From Eledone cirrhosa (taxonomy: Eukaryota): a stretch of DNA of 64,000 bases. Positions 1 to 13,725 of the stretch are shown here, piece after piece. Location of the stretch: positions 167,644-231,643 of the forward strand of contig CAXHJY010000769.1 of the NCBI GenBank assembly GCA_964016885.1, written 5' to 3'. The first letter of the stretch is position 1. The number at the start of each line of letters is the position of its first letter. A program made the translations under genes and the position numbers. The notes under the pieces were generated by a model. It searched no databases and was not told the DNA's origin. It saw only the letters and a program-made list of their open reading frames with translations.

Positions 1-78
1 GGAAACTATAGAGGTATAAAGCTGGTGGACACGACGTATATATACATATACATACACCTATATATACACATATACATA

Positions 79-1439
79 CATCATCATCATCAACGTTTAA
101 CGTCCGTGTTCCACGCTTGCATGGGTTTGGACGGGGGTAGTCCCACTTGAGGCAAGAGTGATTGTCTTGCTCGCATAGGACTGTCTGGCAGGTTTTCTAC
201 AGTTGGATGCCCTTCCTAACACCAACCACATTTACAGTGTGGGTCTGGGAGGTTTTTACCGTGTTGCCTACACGGCCACATTACAGCGTGGACTGTGTGT
301 TTTTTTGTCGTGACACCTACACGGTCTCATTTGTTTCGGCCTGGGTGGCGCGGCACCAACATAACTTTACATAGAACGGGGTCGTGTGGATGGGGTGGGG
401 GTGGTGGGGGTGGGACGGGGTGTATTTTGTTAGAGATGCCTACTGGCTGTAGTAGGTTTTACTATGTATTTAGGTAAGGCGGGTCTTCGCTGTTACTGAG
501 TACCGCCAAAGGTCTCGGTCCAGTGACATTGTCTTGGAGAGGTGTAAGTGTGTGAGGTCGGAGTTTATCAGCTCGTCCCAGGTTTTTCTAGGTCTGCCTA
601 TTCCGTGGCTACCGTCTATCTTTATTGCCCTGCACTTTGTTATACAGCTATCGACTTTCATGCACATCACGTGTCCATACCAACGTAGCCTTCTCTCAAG
701 TAAACAACATCTGATCCCTCTTATTTCTAATTTTTTCCTTAGTTCGTTTATGCTTTGCCGTTCACGTATATTACTGTTACACATCCAGCGGAGCATGCAA
801 GCATCGTTCCTCTCTAGTCTGCGTATATCCTCTGCACACAATGCCCAGGTCTCACTGCCATGCAACATTGCTGTTCGTATGCAGGCATCGTACAACCTGC
901 CTTTCATTTTTAGGGAGAACCCTTTAGCAGCTAATAGTGGTATTATAAGCTCTCTGAACTTTTTCCAACCAGTTCTGACTCTAGCTACTGTACTTTCAGA
1001 GCACCCTCCCCCACTGCTGATTTTATCGCCCACTTAACGGAAGCTGTCCACTATTTCTATAGAACCCTCTGCGCAATTGAAAGAGCTAGTATGTTGTGGG
1101 CACTTGCTGCTACTTATTGCACCAGAGCACCGGCCACATGTAAAAACTATGTTCTTAGTTAGCTTACCTGTGATCCCACTACATCTTTTATGCACCCATA
1201 CTTTGCATTTGGGACATAAAATGGAGTTTCTACCTACGCCTTTCCTACACACCGAGCACCCATTTCCAGAAGGGACCGCCGCCTTATTTTCTTTCGTACA
1301 AACTAGAACTTTAGTCTTAGCCAGGTTAATTTTAAGGCCTTTTGATTCTAGGCCGTGCTTCCATGTTTGGAATTTCTTCTCTAGCTCGGCCATTGATTCC
1401 GCTATGAGTGTCAGGTCGTCTGCGTATAGGAGTTCCCAT
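79..1439 (-). mobile_element. RTE-clade LINE family A, 5'-truncated (RT C-terminal half + 3' UTR + (GAT)n tail)
   Basis: ORFs 1034-1507 and 470-1033 give LLYADDL, a PHD-like Cys cluster and RRLRWYGHV; (CAT)n on + at 79-91; a stop disrupts the frame near 1034. Confidence 0.92.
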
Positions 1440-1586
1440 ACATATATATATGTACATATATACATACATATATATATACATACATATATATATATATATT
1501 TATACATATATTATATGTATATATATATATATATATACACATATATATATGTATATATATATATATATATACATATATATATACAC

Positions 1587-1627
<41 letters not shown>

Positions 1628-1723
1628 CACATATATATATGTAATATATTATATACATACATATATATATATACACATATTTATATATGTATATATATAT
1701 ATATTATACATATATTTATATAC

Positions 1724-1756
<33 letters not shown>

Positions 1757-1885
1757 TACATAATATACATATATATATATATACATACATATATATATAT
1801 TACATACATATATATATATACACATATATATTATGTATATATATATATATATAATACATATATATATATACATATATATATATAC

Positions 1886-1918
<33 letters not shown>

Positions 1919-2363
1919 TATATATTTATATATTATATATATATACAATATTAATATATATATATATAATATTATAAGTACATAATATACATATATATAT
2001 ATTTATATTTATATATATATAATACTTAATATATATATAATATTATGTATATATATATATACATACATATATTTATACATATATTATGTTATATATATCT
2101 ATATATATACATACATATATATATACATATATATATGTATTTATATATATACATACATATATATATACATATATATATGTATATATATATATATATATAC
2201 ATACATATATATATACATATATATTTATATGATATAATATATATATATATATATTTATATACATACATATATATTATACATATAATATGTATATATATAT
2301 ATACATACATATATATATACATATATAGTATGTATATTATATATACATACATCATATATATAC

Positions 2364-2403
<40 letters not shown>

Positions 2404-2625
2404 GTATCATATATTATTATATACATATATATATATACATACATATATATATACATATATATTTGTATATATATATGTATATATGATATATAGTATATAC
2501 ATACATATATATATACATAGTATATATGTATATATATATATATATACATACATATATATATATACATATATATATGTATATATATATGTATATATATATA
2601 TATATATACATACATATATTTACAT
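1440..2625. repeat. complex (TA)n microsatellite
   Basis: TA dinucleotides with interspersed C/G/T variants. Confidence 0.97.
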
Positions 2626-4076
2626 ATCATCATCAGGTTTAGCGTACGTGTTCCACGCTTGCATGGGTTTGGACGGGGGGTTTTCCCACTTGAGGCAAGA
2701 GTGGTTGTCTTGCTCGCATAGGACTGTCTGGGCGGGTTTTCTACAGTTGGATGCCCTTCCTAACACATACCACATTTACAGTGTGGGGCTGGGAGGTTTT
2801 TTACCGTGTTGCCTACACGGCCACATTACAGTGTGGACTGTCTGGCGGGTTTTCTACAGCTGGATGCCCTTCCTAACACCAACCACATTTACAGTGTGGG
2901 GCTGGGAGGTTTTACCGTGTTTGCCTACACGGCCACATTTACAGCATGGACTGTGTGTTTTTTGTCGTGACACCTACACGATCTCATTTGTTTCGGCCTG
3001 GATGTTGTGGGACCAACATAACTTTACATTGAAAGGGGCGGTGTGGGGTGGGGTGGAGGTTGGTGGACGGGGGTGTGTTTTGATAGAGATGCCTACTGAC
3101 TGTAGTAGGTTTTTACTTTGTATTTAGGTAAGGCGGGTCTTCTCTATTACTGAGTACCGCCAAAGGTCTCGGTCCAGTGACATTGTCTTGGAGAGGTGTA
3201 AGCGTGTGAGGTCGGAATTTATCAGCTCGTCCCATGTTTTTCTGGGTCTGCCTACTCCGTGGCTACCGTCTATCTTTATTGCCCTGCACTTTGTTATACA
3301 GCTGTCGTCTTTCATGCGCATCACGTGTCCATACCAACGTAGCCTTCTCTCAAGGTAAACAACATCTGATCCGTCTTATTTCTAATTTTTTCCTTAGTTC
3401 GTTTATGCTTTGCCGTTCACGTATATTACTGTTACACATCCAGCGGAGCATGCAAGCATCGTTCCTCTCTAGTCTGCGTATATCCTCTGCACACAATGCC
3501 CCGCCCAGGTCTCACTGCCATGCAGCATTGCTGTTCGTATGCAGGCATCATACAACCTGCCTTTCATTCTTAGGGAGAACCCTTTAGCGGCTAATAGTGG
3601 TATAAGCTCTCTGAACTTTTTCCAACCAGTTCTGACTCTAGCTACTGTACTTTCAGAGCACCCTCCCCCACTGCTGATTTTGTCACCCAGATAACGGAAG
3701 CTGTCCACTATTTCTACAGAACCCTCTGCGCAGTTGAAGGAGCTAGTATTTTGTAGGCACTTGCTGCTACTTATTGCACCAGAGCACCGGCCACATGTAA
3801 AATCTATGTTCTTAGTTAGCTTACCTGTGATCCCACTACATCTTTTATGCACCCATACTTTGCATTTGGGACATAAAATGGAGTTTCTACCTACGCCTTT
3901 CCTACACACTGAGCATGGCCATTTCCCAGATGGGACCGCCGCCTTATTTTCTTTCCTACAAACTAGAACTTTAGTCTTAGCCAGGTTAATTTTAAGGCCT
4001 TTTGATTCTAGGCCGTGCTTCCATGTTTGGAATTTCTTCTCTAGCTCGGCCATTGATTCAGCTATGAGCGTTAGAT
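2626..4076 (-). mobile_element. RTE LINE family A, 5'-truncated, with a duplicated 3' UTR module
   Basis: ORFs 3469-4122 and 3124-3324 are RT C-terminus with frameshifts; the ~115-bp UTR module occurs twice (about 2720-2950). Confidence 0.92.
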
Positions 4077-4220
4077 ATATATACATATATATATGTATAT
4101 ATATATATATATATACATACATACATATATATATACATATATATATGTATATATGTATATATATATATTGTTATACTTTGGGAGGGTCATGTTGCCAATA
4201 ATAGCAATAGCAACTGTCTG

Positions 4221-4221
4221 A

Positions 4222-4255
<34 letters not shown>

Positions 4256-4602
4256 CATATATATACATATATATATATATATACATATATATACATATGT
4301 ATACATATATATACATATATATATATACACATATATATACATATATATATATATATACATATATATACATATGTATACATATATATACATATATATATAT
4401 ATACATATACATCTATATACATATATATATATATACATATATATATACATATATATACATATATACATATATATACATATATATATACATATATATACAT
4501 ATATACATATATATACATATATACATATATATACATATATACATATATATACATATATACATATATATATATACATATACATCTATATACATATATATAT
4601 AC

Positions 4603-4633
<31 letters not shown>

Positions 4634-4640
4634 CATATAC

Positions 4641-4671
<31 letters not shown>

Positions 4672-4678
4672 CATATAC

Positions 4679-4725
<47 letters not shown>

Positions 4726-4726
4726 C

Positions 4727-4771
<45 letters not shown>

Positions 4772-5364
4772 TATATACATATATATATACATATATATAT
4801 ACATATATATACATATATATACATATATATACATATATATACATATATATATACATATATATACATATATATATACATATATAGACATATATATACATAT
4901 ATATACATATATATACATATATATACATATATATATACATATATATACATATATATATACATATATATACATATATATACATATATATACATATATATAC
5001 ATATATATACATATATATATACATATATATACATATATATACATATATATACATATATATATACATATATATACATATATATATACATATATATATACAT
5101 ATATATACATATATATATACATATATATATACATATATATATACATATATATATATATACATATATATACATATATATATATATATACATATATATACAT
5201 ATATATATATATATACATATATATACATATATATATATATACATATACATATATATATATATACATATATATACATATATATATATATATACATATATAT
5301 ACATATATATATATATACATATACATATATATACATATATATATATACATATACATATATATAC

Positions 5365-5397
<33 letters not shown>

Positions 5398-5400
5398 CAC

Positions 5401-5431
<31 letters not shown>

Positions 5432-5466
5432 CATATATATATATACATACATATACATATATATAC

Positions 5467-5514
<48 letters not shown>

Positions 5515-5660
5515 ACATAAATATATATATACATATATATATATATACATATACATATATATACATATATATATATACATATATATACATATATATATAT
5601 ACATATATATACATATATATACATATATATATACATATATACATATATACATATATATAT

Positions 5661-5705
<45 letters not shown>

Positions 5706-5710
5706 TATAT
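4221..5710. repeat. (TA)n/(TACATA)n microsatellite
   Basis: visible directly. Confidence 0.97.
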
Positions 5711-6358
5711 TGCACCGACGTGAGGTATATGATTTTTAATGCAATGAAATATCTATGATCGTCGGCAAATCACTGATGAGGGACTTATTTTATTACATGT
5801 TATTCATGTACAACCAGCAGTATTCTTCTCCCCATTTTTTCACATATATTTACTTAAACTGCGATTCTGTTTTTTTTCTCTCTCTCTCTCTTACTGCTCC
5901 CTCGCTCTCTCCGTTTCTCCTACTTTCTTTCGCCCCCTCTGTCATGTCAGTTAACTCTTCCTCACACTTCCACTCACTCACTCACTGTTTCTCCTCTTCT
6001 CACTTCACCCCGTTCGCGACGAAATCATTTTCTCTCTTTCTCACATTTGAATTCGCTCCTGAAAGGTCTTTTTTCTAAGCGCTCATATATTCACCTAGCT
6101 TATGCTAACAGAATGACTATGAAGCTTGTTCCCTTCCTTCTACGGTTAGCTATCCTCTTTGTTGTTATCTTGTTTCACTCGCTTTACGCGTTTTAATTGT
6201 CCTAATAACTTAATTTAGTTATTATTGCACTGACGTGAGGTATATGATTTTTAATGCAATGAAATATCTATGATCGTCGGCAAATCACTGATGAGGGACT
6301 TATTTTATTACATGTTATCCATGTGCAACCAGCTGTATTCTTCTCCCCATTTTTTCAT
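5711..6358 (+). mobile_element. probable Penelope-like pLTR-type fragment with a ~135-bp terminal direct repeat (515-bp period)
   Basis: 5711-5845 recurs at 6226-6358; CT-rich interior; CTGATGAGGG...CAGCTGTA degenerate hammerhead-like motif; second copy at 11075-11600. Confidence 0.5.
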
Positions 6359-7086
<728 letters not shown>

Positions 7087-8491
7087 ACTAATCAGAGAGA
7101 GAATTGATATAGATGAAATGCAGTTCGGGTTTGTGTCAGGTAAAAGTACCACAGACGCTGTTTTCATTGTATGAAAACTACAGGAGAAGTACCTAGCTAA
7201 AAGTAAACCCCTATACTTAGCTTTTGTTGACTTGGAGAAAGCCTTCGACAGAGTCCCCCGTTCTATTATCTGATGGGCTCTTAGAAAACTAGATGTTGAC
7301 GAATGGCTTGTCAGAGCTATACAAGCCATGTATAAAGAAACAGTCACCAAGGTTAGAATTAACAACGAATATAGTGAAGAGTTTAGCGTAAAAGTTGGTG
7401 TCCATTAGGGCTCTGTTCTTAGCCCCCTCCTATTTATTATTGCCCTTCAGGCTATGGCAGAGGAGTTCAAGACCAGCTGCCCATGGGAACTCCTATACGC
7501 AGATGATCTAACGCTCATAGCTGAATCAATGGCCGAGCTAGAGAAGAAATTCCAAACATGGAAGCACGGCCTAGAATCAAAAGGCCTTAAAATTAACCTG
7601 GCTAAGACTAAAGTTCTAGTTTGTAAGAAAGAAAATAAGGCGGCGGTTCCCTCCGGGAAGTGGCCATGCGCAGATTGTAGGAAAGGCGTAGGTAGAAATT
7701 CCATTTTGTGTCCCAAATGCAAAGTTTGGGTGCATAAAAGATGTAGTGGGATCACAGGTAAGCTAACTAAGAACATAGATTTTACATGTGGCCGGTGCTC
7801 TGGTGCAATAAGTAGCAGCAAGTACCCACAAAATACTAGCTCTTTCAATTGCACAGAGGGTTCTATAGAAATAGTGGACAGCTTCCGCTACCTGGGCGAC
7901 AAAATCAGCAGTGGGGGGGGGGTGCTCTGAAAGTACAGTAGCTAGAGTCAGAACTGGTTGGAAAAAGTTCAGAGAGCTTATACCACTATTAGCCGCTAAA
8001 GGGTTCTCCCTAAGAATGAAAGGCAGGTTGTATGATGCCTGCATACGAACAGCAATGCTGCATGGCAGTGAGACCTGGGCATTGTGTGCAGAGGATATAC
8101 GCAGACTAGAGAGGAACGAAGCTTGCATGCTCCGCTGGATGTGTAATAGTAACATACGTGAACGGCAAAACATAAGCGAACTAAGGAAAAAATTAGAAAT
8201 AAGAGGGATCAGATGTTGTTTACTCAAGAGAAGGCTACGTTGGTATGGTCACGTGATGCGCATGAAAGACGACAGCTGTATAACAAAGTGCAGGGAAATA
8301 AAGATAGACGGTAGCTACGGAGTAGGCAGACCCAGAAAAACCTGGGACGAGCTGATAAATTCTGACCTCACACACTTACACCTCTCAAAGACAATGTCAC
8401 TGGACCGAGACCTTTGGCGGTACTCAGTAATAGAGAAGACCCGCCTTACCTAAATACAAAGTAAAACCTACTACAGCCAGTAGGCATCTCT
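7087..8491 (+). mobile_element. RTE LINE family A RT fragment, truncated at both ends, with stops and a frameshift
   Basis: [29 protein letters not shown]-like cluster, WYGHV. Confidence 0.92.
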
Positions 8492-8599
8492 TTGAACCTT
8501 GTTTAACTTTTAAATATATATATACATATATATATATACATACATACATACATACATACATACATACATACACACATGCATACCTACTCACATATAAAA

Positions 8600-9793
8600 G
8601 GATGCATATGCACACACAAATAAGAATAAATAATCATAATAGGCCGTCACATACAAATAAGCAAATAAAAAATAAGGATTAAAAAAATAAGGATTAAGAA
8701 AATAAAAAATAAAAAATATTATTAAGTTGACAGCGATACAAGACGGCAAAATTTAAAATAAAAATTAAAATAAGTATAATAATAATAATAATAAATGACT
8801 AAATGCACGTGGTAAGCAAATGCACAAAAAAAAATTAAATATATATATATAAATAATATAAGATCAAAAGATGGTTAAAAGAGTTCCAAGTATTTTATTA
8901 TGTGCATTTCAAAAACAAATATCATGGGATGATATTTGTGTTCTCATCAGATAAAATAGGGAGACATGATATGAAGCTTAAAAAACACTTGCGAGCATTG
9001 AAGTGTTAAATCAACATATGAAAAATAAAGTAAGATGGATATATGAGATTGGGGGGAAAAGGGAAGGGGGGGGTTAGGAAAAGGTAAGGAAGAGGAAGAA
9101 TGAAAATAAAGGATGACGTGGGAGGAGTATAAGAAGGAAGGTTGAGAGAGGAGGAGAAATGGGTGTAAATAGCCTTTACAACTGCGAAAACATTGTCTCA
9201 CAGACAGAAATTAATAAACCATTGAAAGATAATAGATAATTTAAAAAGATTTTAAAATTTAAAGTTAATGAGGTTTATGATTAAAGAAAAAGGAATTAAG
9301 AATAGTATTTATTTAAGGTTTATATATTGAAGGGTTTAATAATATGTGCGAAAAAAAGAATTTATTAATATGTATTATTAAAATTAAAATTAAAATATTA
9401 AGGATATTAAGGATATAATGTGAAAGAAGGAGAGATTGAATGAATTATGAACTTAGAGGAATTAGTTAGGATTTTAAGTTTGTTTTTATGTATTGTAATA
9501 TGTAAAAGTAAATAATAGGTTTAATATGAGCAGGGAAGGAGAGAAGGAAGAGGAAAATTTAAGAAAGAAAAAATATCTAACGTCAAAAAGTATACATGTT
9601 TAAAAAAATTTTCTAATGGTAATATTATTATATATTATGTTAAAAAGGCCATACAAACTGAAAAAGTGGTCAAGAAGGCATTAACAACCTAAGCCAAAAA
9701 ACAAATCAAGCTAAACAAGTCAAACAAAATAAATGATAAAAATCGACCTGGAGCCAAATGGAATTGATGGTAAAATCCAAATGCAGTGTTCCT
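8600..9793 (-). mobile_element. probable Penelope-like UTR/pLTR fragment containing a hammerhead
   Basis: hammerhead at 8891-8958; segment 8858-8910 recurs at 26258-26311 (adjacent to a PLE RT fragment) and at 40145-40200. Confidence 0.55.
8891..8958 (-). ncRNA. minimal type-I hammerhead ribozyme
   Basis: minus strand: tattttat CTGATGA gaac-acaaatatcat ccc atgatatttgt-tttt GAAA tgcaca TA ataaaata; 8-bp stem I. Confidence 0.85.
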
Positions 9794-9859
9794 TATATGT
9801 ATATATATATATGTATATCTATCTATATATATATATATATATATGTATATGTATATATA

Positions 9860-9962
9860 TATCATTTCATTTTACGTCTGCTTTTTCCCTGCTTGCAAGG
9901 GTGGGACCGAAACTGATGCTGGCTTGATTTCTACAGCTGGATGCCCTTCCTAACACCAACCT
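9860..9962 (-). mobile_element. 3' fragment of the SINE seen at 22405-22740
   Basis: matches 22405-22510. Confidence 0.75.
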
Positions 9963-10106
9963 ATATATATACACATATATATATATACACACACATATAT
10001 ATATATATACACATATATATATCTACACATATATATATATACACATATATATATATACACATATATATATATACACATATATATATATACACATATATAT
10101 ATATAC

Positions 10107-10187
<81 letters not shown>

Positions 10188-10230
10188 CATATATATATAC
10201 ATATATATATATATATACATATATATATAC

Positions 10231-10283
<53 letters not shown>

Positions 10284-10396
10284 CATATATATATACATAT
10301 ATATATATACATACATATATATATATACATATATATATATACATACATATATATATATACATATATATATATACATACATATATATATATACATAC

Positions 10397-10431
<35 letters not shown>

Positions 10432-10747
10432 CATATATACATATATATATATACATATATATATACATATATACATATATACATATATGTACAGAAATGA
10501 GCAAGACAATAACTACTACAACTGACTAACAAACTATCCTCTTGCATTATCTACGTTAACTGCTGATGTATTTTAATTTTAATTTTGCGTTAATTCTGTT
10601 TTAATATGATTTTAATTTTTGAATTTAAATCGCCATTCAGAAATAATATAATATATGTCACTCCACTGTGCATCAATATATACATATGTATCTGTATGTC
10701 TCTTGTGTTGGAAAGGAGGTCATGTATGTATACGAATATTGAAAAAT

Positions 10748-10792
10748 GCTCCGAAGACTCCAAGCCTCGGTTTGGATGAAACAATTGAAAGC
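10748..10792 (+). ncRNA. degenerate (probably dead) hammerhead
   Basis: gct CCGAAGA c tccaagcc tc ggtttgga t GAAAC aatt GAA agc; two core substitutions. Confidence 0.55.
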
Positions 10793-10847
10793 TAATAAAT
10801 GGTTTGAACATAACTTTGATTCCTGTGAATTCTCTATATATATATAT

Positions 10848-10957
10848 TATCATCATTGATTAACGTCCATCTTCCACGCTTGCATGGGTTTGGACGTGGG
10901 AAAATTCCCGTCCAAACCCATGCAAGCGTGGAAGATGGACGTTAATCAATGATGATG
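10848..10957. repeat. inverted pair of RTE 3' termini forming a hairpin
   Basis: catcattgattaacgtcc...ggacg followed by its reverse complement ending gatgatg. Confidence 0.9.
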
Positions 10958-11054
<97 letters not shown>

Positions 11055-11074
11055 TATATGTGTAAATGTATATT

Positions 11075-11597
11075 TTATTACATATATATTTTATTACACA
11101 TATTTACCCAAACTGCGATTCTGTTTTTCTCTCTCTCTCTTACTGCTCCCCCATTCTCTCTGTTTCTCCTACTTTCTTTCGCCCCCTCTGTCATGTCAGT
11201 TAACTCTTCCTCACACTTCCACTCACTCACTGTTTCTCCTCTCCTCACTTCACCCCGTTCGCGAAGAAAGCAATTTCTCTCTTTCTCACATTGCATTCGT
11301 TCGTTAAAGGTCTTTTTTTCTAAGCGCTCATATATTCACCTACCTTATGCTAACAGAATAACTATGAAGCTTGTCTCCTTCCTTCTACGGTGAGCTCTAC
11401 TCTTTGTTGTTTTCTTGTCTCACTCGCTTTACACGTTTTAATTGTCCTAATAACTTAATTTAGTTATTATTGCACCGACGTGAGGTATATGATTTTTAAT
11501 GCATTGAAATATCTATGATCGTCGGCAAATCACTGATGAGGGACTTATTTTATTACATGTTATCCATGTGCTACCAGCAGTATTTTTCTCCCCATTT

Positions 11598-11600
<3 letters not shown>
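11075..11600 (+). mobile_element. second copy of the 5711-6358 element
   Basis: high similarity to 5845-6358. Confidence 0.75.
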
Positions 11601-11633
<33 letters not shown>

Positions 11634-11647
11634 AAATGTATATATAT

Positions 11648-11710
<63 letters not shown>

Positions 11711-12182
11711 TCGTTTCTGAATTTGTTTAGCAAGATTCTTTATCTGAAAACCTGTGTTGAAACCGATATTGTTATACTTTGGGAGGGTCATGTTGCCAAT
11801 AAGAAACACATGCACCATATATACATATATATATATAAGAATTAAAATACTAGAGTATGTTGGAGTTAAACACCCTCTTCGTATTATAGAAATGACAGTA
11901 AAGGTATAGTTCAATGTAATTAAACAGAGCCGAAGAATTATGAAAATAAACCAAAGAAGCCTTAATAGGACGAAACATTGTTGGTAGTACAATAATTCCC
12001 GCTCTATATCACCACCTATGTTTAGCTTTAGTTTTTGCATTGGACTATATTTGTAATATGGTTCAAAACGTTATTTACTTCCTTAGCAATTTTTACCCGA
12101 TAATTTTCCAATGCTTTAATCTATGTACACACCATATTCTTCTGAGTTTTTGGCTTGTATTGGCTGATAGTGCTTCTTATAG

Positions 12183-12236
12183 CTTTAATTGCCCTGATGA
12201 GTCCTTAATAGGACGAAACATTGTTGGCTAATAAAG
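12183..12236 (+). ncRNA. minimal type-I hammerhead ribozyme
   Basis: ctttaattgcc CTGATGA gtcc ttaata ggac GAAAC att GTT ggctaataaag; 3' half also at 11960-11984. Confidence 0.9.
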
Positions 12237-12275
12237 ACTTTTGATGTATTTAAGGCTTCTTTGGTTTATTTTCAT

Positions 12276-12415
<140 letters not shown>

Positions 12416-12917
12416 TATATATATATATATATGTGTGTATAGATAAGAATGTTAGTGAAAAAAATACATCTATGAAAAGAATATAAATTAATTTAATTGA
12501 TGGGTATATTTATATTGATAAAATTATACTAATACATATAGATATGATAAATAAGAGTTAGATGCAGTTGAAAAGTGCTGTTAAAGATGAGGGGAAATTA
12601 AAAGAATATAAAAATAATATATATATATATATATATATATACTTATACATATATATATATATACATATATATACACACATACACACATATATATCTATAT
12701 ATATATATACACTTATATATATACATATATATACACATACACACACACACACATACACATATATATATTGTTATACTTGGGAAGGGTCATATTTTTATGA
12801 TAATATTGCCAGAATTAATAACAGAACACACGCTTTGGTTGGTTTTTGCTTCTGTATCTTATATCAGTTAATTTAATTTACTCGGTCCTCAATATATATA
12901 TATATATATATATATAC

Positions 12918-12951
<34 letters not shown>

Positions 12952-13064
12952 ACGTACATATATATACATACATATATACATACATATATACATACATCAT
13001 CATCATCATTGATGATGATGGTGATACATATATATATACATACATATATATATATACATACATA

Positions 13065-13104
<40 letters not shown>

Positions 13105-13193
13105 CATAAATATATATATACATATATATATATATACATAGATATATATATATATATATATAGATATATATATATATATATATATATACATAG

Positions 13194-13236
<43 letters not shown>

Positions 13237-13294
13237 GATATATACATATATATATATATATATACATAGATATATATACATAGATATATATTTA

Positions 13295-13402
<108 letters not shown>

Positions 13403-13683
13403 CATAGATATATATATATATATACATACATATATATACATATATATATATATACATACATATATATATACATACATATACATATATATATATATACATA
13501 CATATACATATATATATATACATACATATATATATATATACATAGATATATATATATATATATATATACATACATATATATAAATATATATACATACATA
13601 TATATATACATAGATATATATATATATATATATATATACATACATATATATATATATATATACATACATATATATATATATAT

Positions 13684-13724
<41 letters not shown>

Positions 13725-13725
13725 C

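Noticed and set aside
534-1763. Recurrent antisense ORFs (MERCKC..., MKELV...) over LINE copies
   Set aside because: Shadows of the RT frame; their recurrence reflects copy identity only
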